Assembly (NCBI GenBank): GCA_010093705.1
Contig: MU006101.1
Coordinates: forward strand, 605,673-669,672
From: Patellaria atrata CBS 101060
Lineage: Eukaryota
DNA: 64,000 bases
Direction: 5' to 3'
Part shown: positions 25,876 to 37,924 of the stretch, piece after piece
Layout of the letters: the number at the start of each line of letters is the position of its first letter
Numbering within the stretch: the first letter of the stretch is position 1
Program-made: the position numbers and the translations under genes
The notes under the pieces: model-generated
The model's input: only the letters and a program-made list of their open reading frames with translations
What the model was told of the DNA's origin: nothing
The model's database searches: none

Positions 25876-27479
25876 ATGAAATCCGCTTCTTCATCACCTC
25901 TCTCTTCCCCACCTTCATCTCCATCACCACCATCACCAGAAACCCTCACAACTAGAAATATGGATCATACAGGATTCTCAATTTCTGAGATGGCAGCTGC
26001 CATCAAAGCCTCTCGTGAGGATGCCGAAAAGGTCGCCCACGAGAGGGCGTCAATGCCGCCGCCACTACCACCACCCTCATCCTCCCTGTGGCCCCGCGGG
26101 TCACAACCAACTGCGTATTCTGCTGAGGCATCCGCCTCAACCTCTGCTTTTGGCGGAGGGAGCAAGAGGTCGCGCTCTCCGGATCTTCAAGATCCGAACC
26201 CGGCGTGGAGCTGGGGTACCTCACCCCCCGGCCCTCGTCGGCGCAGGCGTCGTGTGAGGTCGCCCTCGCCTGAACATGGTGGTTTTAGACCATCCACTCG
26301 GGTTATGGCCAGCCCAATTTCAAAGCTGGGAAGGGCGAGCGTGCTTGTAAGTATCTCATACATTAGCTGTATAGTTGATCTCTAATGTTGCGCAAGGCGT
26401 TGCTAGATGAGAAGGATGCCTGGTACAGGCTTGACCAGACGCAGAAGCAGGAACTGATAGACGCGCTGATTGTAAGTTATCTATGTTTCAATCTTCCTAT
26501 GGAATATATCTCTAAGATACTTAGGGCGAATTGGGGCAAGATGAATCTTTTCACGTACTTCGCGATGTTTACTATGAGCATGTACGAGAAGGAGATAAAG
26601 ATGTCGGCGAAGACGTCTCTCCAGTCCCCGAGAGCGAACTATTAGCTACCATGACAGAGGAGGAGCAAGTCGAGTGGGCATTACAGATGTCCCTGAAACA
26701 GGATGAAGACCATCCTGTACCGAATCACGATGCACCGGCTCGTCCACGAGGCGATATCCTACGAAACCAGAATCCACTGTCTTCTCTCCTAGCCACTAAC
26801 GCAGCCTTGAGGAGCGATGCTTACCAGTACCAGGAAGATCTTCGCAACGGACGAGAGAGGCCAATATATTGTGCTGAAGCAGCTTCCGCCATGGAACAAA
26901 GGCGGAATGATACGTTAGAGCCGTTCAAGGAAGATTCTCTAGAAAGGTTCTGGGGTCAGAAGTTGCTTGGACCCTTTAATCAGGAGAGTCCCGAATCCGA
27001 ATGGAAAGGGATGATCAGGGAAGGATTTATCAATGTGGAAGACCATTTCGAGTACAAGAGAAGGTTTGGAGATATCACTGTTGAGAAGATGGTCAGGGTA
27101 AATATGTCCTTTCTCAAACGATTAAGCGCACACATTACTAAAATTGCTACAGGCAGAGGAAGTACGCGGAGACGGCTATATGATCTTCACCGTGCGCGAA
27201 AGCGGTCCCGAACTGGAACTCCATGGACCAAACCCTGTGATCTTGGGGGAGAATGAACCTATCACGGGCCCGTCTGCTCTAGAAGCCGCGATTTTAAAAG
27301 AAGACGGTCGAATCCTCGACCCCGAAGAGGGAGATCCCTGGAAAAGCATGCATAAATACAATTGCCGTGTTCTAGCACATCTATTTTGCAGTCTAGCTTC
27401 TATTAGGAGAAGGTATAGGAGGCACATGGCGAGTAAGCAGGAAAACATCGGAGAAGAAGGTGAATTTGGCCTTCATTAG
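25876..27479 (+). CDS. Asx-homology (ASXH/DEUBAD) domain protein with UIM(s) and a C-terminal globular domain, 4 exons
   Basis: Three phase-0 introns join one open frame; SPISKLGRASVLALLDEKDAWYRLDQTQKQELIDAL...NAALRSDAYQYQEDLRNGR...PFKEDSLERFWGQK fits the fungal ASXH pattern; UIM-like TEEEQVEWALQMSL. Start could be ATG 25960. Confidence 0.75.
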
Positions 27480-28266
27480 GTCTATATCATGTATTCGACA
27501 AGCTCCCAGATACGAAGAGAAGGAGGCATTCTTCGAAAGAACCTTATCATCGGATCGCAAGTTCCAAAATACTTTTCACCGAATGCACAAATACGTCACC
27601 ATCATATCGGCTTTGGATTGCTGGATCATTCGCCGGCCGGAATCTGACTAAGAAATGGAAAGAGCTATTTGTTGGAGGCTCTCCATATCAACATTCCAGC
27701 AGCCCTTTAATGGGTTAGAGACGACTACATTTCAATCATACCAGAGAGCGATAAAGATGAGTTCATATAGAGTATCGGGATGAGTTATATGCAAGAAATA
27801 GGAAAGGATAGCTCCTGATTGTTTTGTCATAAAAGTTTGTTTCCATCGAGGGTTTTCATTACTGAGAGTACATTCTACACCTCGATAATACCCCTTTCTT
27901 GCAGTTGGAGAGTTCTTTTTTCGAATTCATGTTTCAAACTTGATTGCGTAGTTTCTTTTCATGAAGTGTAAACTTCGAGATCCATAATGTGACTTTACAT
28001 AGCGTGGCTCTACAACAATTTTGGGTCTCTTGGACTCGATTTCAGATTGAATAGTCAACATATTCCCGTTCTCTCTTTCTTCAATTTTCGTAACTCCGCT
28101 TGACTCCCTCTATCGAGTGTTGGCTATCATTGTTTGTATCTCTTCGTTCAACATGGACAACTTAACTCTGGATTCTACCTTACAGGACAACCTTCTCATA
28201 TCAGGTCAAGGTGTCCACCTTTCCTTGCTTCTGCGTGGTCTTCCTCCTTACAGCATAATTATCAAC

Positions 28267-29306
28267 ATGCCATGCGACGAGATCGGACACAATCACCTAG
28301 GGCTCAAGCATGGTATACTTGTAGTCAGGTCTTGTGAAAAGTACTGTGGTTACTGTGATGGCGGTGAAAATGGGGATGAAGAGTTCCTCTCGCCGCAACA
28401 CCTGACTTACCATGTTCGTAAATGGCACATCAACAAAGAGGAAAAGCGTGATGTGGTAGTCGCTTCCATTACACCAAAATAGGCGAAGTAAGTAGTTCCA
28501 ACAGCATCATAAGATTCTTTCTCCCCTAACCCACATCGCATAGGCCCGTATCTTTTGGAAACGACCTACCACCTTATGAAGATTTCTTTGGTGAGCAATT
28601 TACTACGCCATCAAAGATAAAGTCTACATCCACCTCAATAACACAATCGGCACAAAGTACATCTGCAATGCAAGCTGGAGACAGTGGTGCTATCCCAACG
28701 CCCATACAACGCATCTTTTCTGCAAACACTTCCTTAAGTCACCCAGTTACCCCCGATGCAACCCTTGGTAAGACTGCGAGGCGGAATGAATTCTCTTTTT
28801 CAAACCCGTTTCAGCAGATGATATCGAGGCCGCAAAAAAGCCTTAGAAATGGAGACGGCAATTGTATGTCCGCTAATCGGCAACGCTCGTCTCCCATCAA
28901 TTTAGTGAGTGATGACGAAGAACACCGGGTACGCCAGGTGTTGGACCTCAGTCCAGATCCAACCCCGCGCCCTGAAACCCTCGAAGCAAATGTAAGTCCC
29001 TCGAACATCAGAGTTTGAGATCACTCTTTAACACTAAGTAGTAAGAAACCAGAACACCCCCTTACACCTCCCAGGTTGGCCATAAAACCTCCTATGAAGA
29101 GATTACCTAAAATACCTGCATCCGAACGCCGTCCATATAGGGGATATGCTCTTTAAGCTAGGGAAGAGATGGTGCAAAAGACTATTGGAGCGGCGTTCAA
29201 TACAGCTGAAGCAATGGGTATCGACAAGGATGAAGTGAAGAGCTTAAGTCTGGATGAGCTATTTATTTTCGATGCTGGACATGCGGATGTAATCCGCTTC
29301 AGATAA
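28267..29306 (+). pseudogene. Orphan Zn-finger protein, copy B (two in-frame stops)
   Basis: MPCDEIGHNH...CGYC...F...YHVRKWH; TAG 28480-28482 and TAA 29154-29156 interrupt a frame kept across two GTAAGT introns; ends AFNTAEAMGIDKDEVKSL...-TAA. Confidence 0.55.
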
Positions 29307-29957
29307 CTAAGACTGTAGCTGCTGCAGAAGAATACTTCCCAAAGGCCATCGGCAACTATGTTCCTCTCAATTGGAGCATACATGACGCTTTCTTTGATTG
29401 GTGTGTATCCTTTTTCTCTGGAGCTTTGTTTCTTTGTTGAAGGTAGAAGATTTGCGGCTGTGATGGACGTTGTCATGAAAATTCGTTCAAGAGGTGGTTT
29501 GGTATCGCCAAAAGTCTTTTTACGATAGTTATCTTAGTTACCATCATGCCGGGATGTAAGGGTCCTAGAATGGGTTCTTCTATGTGTATGGCCTTCTGAA
29601 CGATTTTTAACGCAGCATTCACTTATATATGATTTCACACGATTTTCCTCTAGCTGGCACAAAGTTCTGTGAACGAACAAAGAATCATTGTCCGTCTCGT
29701 GTCTATTTTGATCATACTTTCACACTTGACATGACGTCCCACGGGTAAACTTTCTTTTAGATTAAGTATCACGAGTTAAATTAATCTTGTTCTGCGTTTC
29801 TAAATATTCACCCCTGAATACCTACTTAAAATCCATTCTTGATATTTAAACCCATCGAGCCGGGAAAATATATAAGCTCGCCATCTATTGTAAGACCACC
29901 TACTACCTCAATCTAACTAGAACAATTGTCTCCCTATCCTCTTCCCAACAAACAACC

Positions 29958-30381
29958 ATCGATACAATTCTACAGTGTCAAGCTCTCGAAGAGCGCATCC
30001 TCAGTAAGCCGTTTTCCGCCCCACTCTTCACTCCTCTGCCTCAATTCCGCATTCTCGCCCCTCAGCCTGATGCCTCACTCATCTCCCCTCTAAGAAACCT
30101 CCCAAGCTAACCGTACCACCCCCACAGAAACCGCTCCCTTCGTCTGGCGCTCAGAACCCTTGCACCTCCTTCAAAACCTCAACTTGCAAATCGAACATCA
30201 CGACGGTAAATACAGGGCACTCATCATCCGTGCTTATACGAGAGATCAGTTCATATGGACGAGGGTCATTAAGGCGGCGACGAAGCGGTTTGAGACTAGA
30301 TTGGAGGCTCTGGTCAATTTGTTGGAGTGGTTGGAGACGGGTTTTAATGTGGAAGGACAGGTGGCGGGGGATGTGGTTTAG
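29958..30381 (+). pseudogene. Small two-exon orphan gene lacking an ATG (ATC at expected start)
   Basis: TATATAAG ~29870; CAAACAACC-ATC-G; exon 1 IDTILQCQALEERIL splices in frame (GTAAGC...TAAG) to ...HDGKYRALIIRAY...TRLEALVNLLEWLE...-TAG. Confidence 0.4.
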
Positions 30382-30504
30382 GCGACAGGGAGTAAAGGGG
30401 CACTTGGGATTGAGGTGGTGCTTGAGGGGGTAGTGTGGGTTGCTTAAGAGGGTCTATAAGGGTTGGTTGTTGATTGAAAATGGTAGTTTGATAGGTTTTG
30501 ATGC

Positions 30505-31016
30505 TTGACAGTGTGGAGCAGGCTTCTTCAAGTCATACTTGCAGAGGAATCGGAAAGGATACTGAAGGGAAATGTTTTGGAGACTGGAGGTTTATCCAAA
30601 CCCCAAGACATCTGATTCTTCACTGCAAACATTATTCCAAGGAACGAAAAATCATGGAAAAGCAGCTAAAGTCAAGAATAACATTAGAAAAACTCTTTTG
30701 TACAGAGAAGGGGAAAGAAGTACTCTTCCAATACTTACATAGTACACAAATCTCAACAGCTAACTGGCTGCTACATAAAAGAGAAATCAATGAAGAAGAA
30801 CAAGAAACCCATTAAAAATGATAGCATACAGGGGAAAAACTAGATCGATGTATAATGCAGGGAATTGAAGAGCAAAGGATATAGTGGAGTTGGTTCAGTT
30901 TTTCTAATGCTTGGATTAGACTGCAAAGTTTGAACAACTGGGGAGCTTCAATCCCCAGACACTCTCACTAGACATATTATTGCCCTAGAATAGGGATTTA
31001 TGTAGATAGAAGAGTA
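30505..31016 (+). mobile_element. 5'-truncated non-LTR retrotransposon (LINE, Tad1/I-like) 3' end
   Basis: ORF2 C-terminal Cys/His region GKCF...QTPRHLILHCKHYSKER...LFCTEKGKEVLFQYL; 3' UTR motif AGGGATTTATGTAGATAG shared with the opposite-strand copy; runs into the N gap. Confidence 0.75.
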
Positions 31017-31116
31017 NNNNNNNNNNNNNNNNNNNNNNNNNNNNNNNNNNNNNNNNNNNNNNNNNNNNNNNNNNNNNNNNNNNNNNNNNNNNNNNNNNNN
31101 NNNNNNNNNNNNNNNN
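31017..31116. other. Assembly gap (100 N)
   Basis: Run of n characters between two repeat fragments. Confidence 0.99.
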
Positions 31117-31270
31117 AAAAAAGAACCCGACCGACCTTTCAACCCACTGTTTCTCTGACGAGGAATCCATGATCGAAATCCAAGCTCACAATTCCTACAT
31201 CATGGACACTTTCAAATTACTCTGTTCGAGATAGAATAAACAATGTAGGAAAGGAACTATCGGTGTCATA

Positions 31271-32330
31271 TTTTTTTAATTCCATTGTATTGTATTATGT
31301 ACAATACTGCGCATGCAGCCTTCAAGCTAGGGCGCAACTCCCTATATACATAAATCCCTTTTCAGGATCCTTATATGCTTAGTGAAGTCTTCAGTAGTTT
31401 AATCCACTGATAATTTATATATAAAGGAAAGTCATTACGTTTAAACTACATACGAAGGAAATTGTTGGAAAAACGTCTTTATTCCTCTTTACCATCTCTT
31501 TTCTAATGCCAGTTCTATGCCATACATCTTGTTATCTTCTGTAGACTCTACACTTCTACTTTGTCAACATCTCCTGCGCGTATTTACTATCTGGCAGTAG
31601 AGATTTGAGTTCTTGTTATATACTTGAATAACACCTATTTGCCTAACTTTGTGCAAAAAAGCTTTGCCATTGTTAGCTTTGATCTTAGTTGCCTCCTCAT
31701 TTCCTTGCGCTCTTTAGAGTAGTGTATACACTGTAAAATAAGGTGTGTTGGTGGTTGGAGTGATTGACAGTTTCTGAAGCACTTCCCTTCTTCATCTTTC
31801 CCAATCACCTTAGAGTAAGACTTGAAGAATCCAATCCCCGTCTTAAGTTAAAAGTATGCTGCTTGAATCGTTTTCTGGACATTGGATCTAGATATACCGA
31901 GTGAGAAACGCACAAGATTTCTGCAAATGCTTGTATAATGTTTGCCTTGTTTCTTGCTATGGGCTTCCCAGCTTTGTTTCCAATTAGATAAGATCTTTTC
32001 CTTGCATTTTCGTTTAATATGACTGAGTAATGTGAATGAAGTGTCTATGGCTTACGGTCCAGTCCCTTTTTTGCCAGCTTGTCTGCTATGTCATTCCCAA
32101 AGATATCTTTATGGCCGGGAACCCAGCTGAAGGTAATTTTCGTTTCCCATTCATTGGTAAGAGTATTGCATAGGTCTGTTATCATTACACTTAATTCTTC
32201 TCATCCATCAAGGCTATTCTTTTGTAGTCTCTTAAGTGTTACCTTGCTATCCACAATTGGTGTCATATTAGAGTTAAATCCATCCACTTCTCCAAACTTG
32301 CAGTTTCAGGCATCAGTCATATTTCATAAC
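31271..32330 (-). mobile_element. Degenerate LINE fragment (RNase H + Cys/His C-terminus + 3' tail)
   Basis: RNase H motif ITFSWVPGHKDIFGNDIADKLAK; GFFKSY...GKCF...HLILQCIHYSKER homologous to 30505-30815; many stops; tail AATACAATACAAT then A7. Confidence 0.8.
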
Positions 32331-32944
32331 ACCGAAGACTAACTTATACGACTATTTTAAGTGCCGTGTATGCCTTCGAGGACTTCAGCTTTGATTTTCC
32401 TTGCGTGCGAGCTTGAGAGATTAGTATATTGGCGTGGGCATAAAGAAGATGACCAGGGTGTTAGTGGAAGTGAAGAAGTAAACGATAGTGTAGAAGGTTC
32501 AGGGTGATAGCTAGGTATTAAGTCTACAGTGATGAGGCAGGGTCCCAGTCATTGCTATTGAGTGAGAATCGACATTGGGAGTTCTATATCTATACCAAAT
32601 TCTACCAAAGGATAAGCAAGCTGTGAGACCGATACTTTGCATATGATATAAGATCTTATTGGTAAAATTCCCCAATGAATACTTAAACTGTTATATGAGG
32701 TATATTACTGACCTTCACCCGTTGCCCCGGCAACCAGAAACCTTCACGAGTCACACTCTTACGTCATGGACTCCTAAGAGCTACACCAATACGGCATATG
32801 CCAGAATCTCGCAGTCACGAGATCTTTATCGCTGCCTACGCCAAGCCCGACTCAGAACAAAGGCACGCTCCGCCGCTTAATTTCTATCTTTCTACTTCTC
32901 CACCTCAACCTCAACCACCATTCTTAGAGGTTCTCACTACAACA

Positions 32945-35896
32945 ATGACTCTCAACAAATCTTCCGCTCCGTCGTCGGCTATGGACGCTGCAGTCGCTCA
33001 GCTCAGGTCCGACAATCTTGGCGCAGGCGTGTGTAAGGATGCAGGCGATTCAGTCGCCGCCTGTTCCGGTTCCGGCTGGAACTCTTTGCGCTGCTCCGGC
33101 CTTTGGGACGGAGTTAACACTTATTACGACAAGATGGTTGTACCCAATCCAGATGAAGCACAAGGCGTTGCGCGCGCAGAGAACACTCAGATCTTTGGAG
33201 ATACGCTGTTCCCACCTGCGAAGGAGACGTTCGTCAACGGGGCAGAATTTGGTGACGTAAAAGGTAAATACAGCACTCGCCCCTCTGACATGAAAGCGCT
33301 GTGGGCCGAATGGGACGAAAAGCCTTGTGGCAGCAGTGCGCCCAAGGGAGACGGAATTAACACACCAGATACTGGTGTGAATCCAGATAGCAAAGCACCC
33401 AACGAAGAGGGAATCAACACAATTCATACCTACAAACAAGAGATTCTCGACATCGCTCGATTTCAACACGGAAACAATAGCTTCAACTACCCGAAATTGA
33501 ACGTCATCCTTGACGTCAACGAAGGTCATTATCGCGCTTTACTCGTGTTGACCGAAAATCAAATTAGACAGCTTTCTAAGAAGTTGAAGAGGGCTACGGG
33601 CAAAGAAGATAAGAGTACTGTTGTCACCGCCGGGGTTTGGGCTCCAAATAGGATTGCCGCACTGGCTGATTTGATGGAAAAGGTCGAAGGGACATTAGCT
33701 AAGAATCTACCGAAGCTAGTCGACATTGACAATCTGAAAGAGGGAGTAAACCCTAAGGTCAATCCAACTGCTTCTAAGGCCGTAGAAAATGATTTCGACA
33801 AGGCCCAAAAGCGAACAAAGGCCCTTCGTGAAGATTTTCAAGCGCAGAAAGTCTCTTTTAGTGCCGACACGGCATCCTCCTACCTACCTTTAACGGATAG
33901 TGACAGTCCATTGGAATCGAATGAAGAGAATAAATGGAATACTGAGTTCAAACGACCTCTTCCTCCACCTTGCCAGAAGTTACCTAAGGCAAAGGTATCC
34001 GAATCGAAGAATAGTTTCATGTTTCATCCCCTTGATACCGCATCACAGGCCTTTAAAACCCAAGAATATAGTTCAAAGGAGCCTCAGATGGACCCGTTCA
34101 TGTCATTCCTGCACGCAGTTAGACAAAGCCCCCTTGGACCGACTCATATACCTGCTTCGGACAATTTGCTATCGAAAGTTTATCAGAACGAGAACAGATC
34201 TCTGCTTGAAGAGCTTGTGCGCGCCAAATCAAGCTTGGCGACGGACAACCGCAATCCGAATGTAGACTTGGAGCTCGCAGAGCGTATGAACAAGACTCAT
34301 CTGAAAGAGCTCAGCATTCTTAGTTCTATCAAGAGAATGGAGGGTGGAAACCATGCAGACAAGACTCGTCAAAATAGGGCCATACATCTACGCGTTGAGT
34401 TGGAGAGTGTCGAGAAGACCCACCGTAGTGAAATTGATGAGGTCTTTAACAAACTGAAGACTGTTGAACAGCCTAAAGCACCCTTGCCCAAAGATAATCA
34501 GCTCCAGGGGGTAGTAGAGTTTGAAAAGAGCACGAAAACGCACGAAGATGTTAAGAATATGCAGAATTTGGAGGATGAGATGAAGCCTGTTCAGGATGTC
34601 GACGCACTCAATGAATTGAACTGGTCGAGGGAATGCCCACCCAAATCATCCAATGCTGAGGAGCTACAGAGGAAATTAGACCTAGAGAAGGACGCCAACA
34701 TGAAGTATCAAGCTGAAATTGCTGAGATGCGTACGAAGACAAACGCTACGCAAATCGCAAATACGAACTCCCGAAAGGAAATTCTAGAGCTACGTGAGGA
34801 TCTAGAGTTCACAAACAAGAGCAACTCGGAAATGATACTCGAAATAAGCAAACTGCGTAAAGAGTTGAAGATTGCAGAGGATTCTGGCAAGAGGCAACAA
34901 ACCGAGCTTGGTAAAGTGCGTGATGATTTGAAGATCGTGGAGTGTGGGATGCAACGGGACCAGGGGAATATCAAGGAACTCAAATCGAAGCTGAGGGACG
35001 AGCAGGATCGTCACGAGAACGAAAAATCAGCTAATCGGGAATTACGCACAAAGTTAGGCTCTGCGGAAAAAGCCAACAAGGAGCACCATTTGACCATCGG
35101 CAAGCTACGCGCAGAGTTAGATCTTGCTCAGACCTCTGGAGCGACCCTTAAGGTTCGTAACTGCATGCTACGCCATGACTTAAACTATGTAAAGGAGGAC
35201 AACAATCAGCTTCGGAGACAGGTTGAGCAGCTAGCCGAGAAGTTTGATCATGTAGAATGCGCGAATATAGACTTCGCATCCGATAGTCTAAAGCTATGCG
35301 AATAATTTGAGAAGTCAGAGCAAGCGAACAAGCAGTTATCCAACGAGAATGAAAAGTTCCGCGAGCGTTTGGAGCAGGCCAAAGAAGATGCGAATAAATT
35401 TCACCAAGATGAGCTTGAGGGGCTGCGCGAAAAGCTGTGGGAAGCAGAGTACATCAAGGACAACCACAAAGTTACTATAGGTGATCTATACGAAGACTTA
35501 AAGCTTTCAGGGGAGAAAGAGAAGTCTTACGCAACCGAGATCGAGAACTTGCGCAAGAAGTTAGCTGTCGCCGAACGTGCCAACGCAGCACACAACAAGA
35601 TCAACTATACACTTCCCCAGTCAAAGTTCCCGGGCTTTTCAAATGATACTTTCCAATCCAAGGACAACTGGCCTTTCGAGGATCACCACCCGAGATATAA
35701 ACAAACGGATAGACCGAAGAAGCCAGGGGCGCGTAAGATGTCTACTACGGCATGGACCTGGACGGATACACAGGGGAAGGATCAAGATTCCAAGGAGGAT
35801 GCATGCCTGGATTATGATTCGGACGATTGGGTTAAAGAAAGGTTTAACCATCAGCGGCCTGATTCCGAGACAGGACTGGGGCGAAGAACAGGTTAG
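32945..35896 (+). pseudogene. Large orphan coiled-coil protein with ~21-aa repeats, split by one in-frame TAA
   Basis: ORFs 32798-35305 and 35369-35896 share a frame and the gap between them is open; first plausible ATG ~32945 (MTLNKSS). Confidence 0.55.
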
Positions 35897-36476
35897 TCAT
35901 GGGCTATCTCGCCCCGATGTCGACTGGAATGCTCCAAAGTCTCTTCCTGAGGGTCATAGCTGGTCCGATCGCTGGTGAGCCGCAATGCTCAAGTCACTCC
36001 ATGCGTGGAGCGACATTCTCTGAGCTGAAAGAAAGCTCGATCACATATCTGTATCTGGTATCTAGGAAATGAAGGGAACATCATGCTCTTGCTTTACTCC
36101 TTGAAAACGTGTGGTCTGACCGTGACTGTGCCCAAAAGTCTTCCTTTGTAGCAAACATGATATCAAAGATTCAGTATTTGGTGAAATATTTGTGGAAACT
36201 GACCTATGACTTGCTTAGCATAGTGTTATCTATCTTTTCCACTTATAGATCTCAGGTCGTGGGATGGTATTGATAGGTTGAATCACGCGGATTGCGACCA
36301 CACTGGAACTATGATTGCCGCCCTTGAGGTGAGAACGTTTGACATCTCATCAAATCTCATCGAATTTTGTAATCTTGATATGTTACCATATGATACCATG
36401 GTACCAGCGTCTCGATAGATCCACTGCAGGGAACGCTGACTCTCCCTACCAATCCTACCTCATCCCACAAACGTCC

Positions 36477-37924
36477 CTAAAACCCCTCCAGCGGATACTC
36501 CGTACTCTCGATCCTCTCCGGATATACCAAACCCCCCTGCCGTCTAACCTCATCCATAACCTCCATGATAACAACACTCTCCTCCCACCCCAAACCCTCA
36601 CTTTCCAATTTCCCATCCCTCAGACACCGTGCGCACTCGTCCGCCTCCCACATCATGCCATGGCCGCCCGGAATCGGCTTCTCCACGTCCACGGGGGACT
36701 CGCCGTGCCCGGGGAAGAAAACGAGACGGTACTTTGTGGGGCGGTAGGCGGGGCCGAAGACTTGAATCTCGCCGCGCGTGCCTTGAATGCGGATGGCGGG
36801 GCCAGCGGTGCCGCGTTTGTCGGGGTCGTGTGCTGGCTATATGACTCTGTCAGACTCAAGAATCTCAAAGTTGATTATATGTAGTAAAAAGGGGGACGGA
36901 GGGCTTACACGGAGGGCCGTGGTGGCGATACCGTGGGTCGGGGGATCGCTTGGGAAGGTGAATATCATCGAGGTCATTTCGTCGGCGCCGGTGACGGGGT
37001 ACTTGGTTATGGACGAGGCGACTGAAGGGAGTCTGCGGGAGCCGGCGGGTTGGAGGTGGTAGAGGAATTGGAAGACCCAGGTGATGCTATAGATACCGAC
37101 TGTACCACATCATATATCAGTACATAAGCCCAAATGAGGTATTTAGGACCTTTAGTTAGGGTAAGGTGGGATAACTCACGATCCAACAACGCGCCTCCTG
37201 CCAAATCCAAATTCACCATCCTGTTCTCCGGCTTGAAGGACTCAGCAATCTTCTCGCCCTCGCCGATACTGAGGTCTGCGAAGACGCGCTGCAACGTCCC
37301 GATCTTCCCCTGCTTCACCATCTCTCTCAGCTCGACGCTGATGGGGAAATACCTCGTCCACACCGCCTCCATTAGAAACAGTCGCCTCTTCTTCGCCTCC
37401 TCAACCAGCAGCTTCGCTTGCGCCGCGTTGACCGTAAACGCCTTCTCGCACAGCACATTCTTCCCCGCTTTCAGGCAGAGCATGGTGTTCTGGTAGTGGT
37501 GCGAGTGCGGTGTGGCGACGTAGATGATGTCGACGCTGGGGTCGGCGACGAGCTCGGCGTAGGAGCCGTACGCTGTGGCGCCGGAAGGGACATTGCATTC
37601 TTTGAGAAAGGCCTCCGCACGATCTTTGGAAGTGGAAGATGCAGCGGCGACCACGGTATGGCGGACGTCTAAGACATCGCGGGTGCTGGGGTCGACGAGG
37701 AGGTCTTTGGTGAAAGCTGGGGGATGTTAGACAGGATCGGGGACAAAAAAAAGGGGAGAGGGGGGGAAGGGGGGGGGGGGGGGGGGGGGGGGAAGTCGTG
37801 GCTACTTTTTGCTATGCCTCCGGTGGCTAGAGTATCGTTAGCTCTAAGCTTTTTCTTAGGACTAGTGATTGAGAAATATACCTAGAATACCCCAACGAAC
37901 GGTATAGGGCTTTGATTCAGCCAT
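36477..37924 (-). CDS. Gfo/Idh/MocA oxidoreductase (dihydrodiol / D-xylose dehydrogenase-like), multi-exon
   Basis: MAESKPYTVRWGILATGGIAK; YVATPHSHH; VLCEKAFTVN; LMEAVWTRYFP; AGGALLD; GHGMMWEADECARCLRDG. Confidence 0.9.

Noticed and set aside
28480..35305. Stop-codon reassignment explaining in-frame stops
   Set aside because: Core genes here terminate normally with TAA, TAG and TGA.
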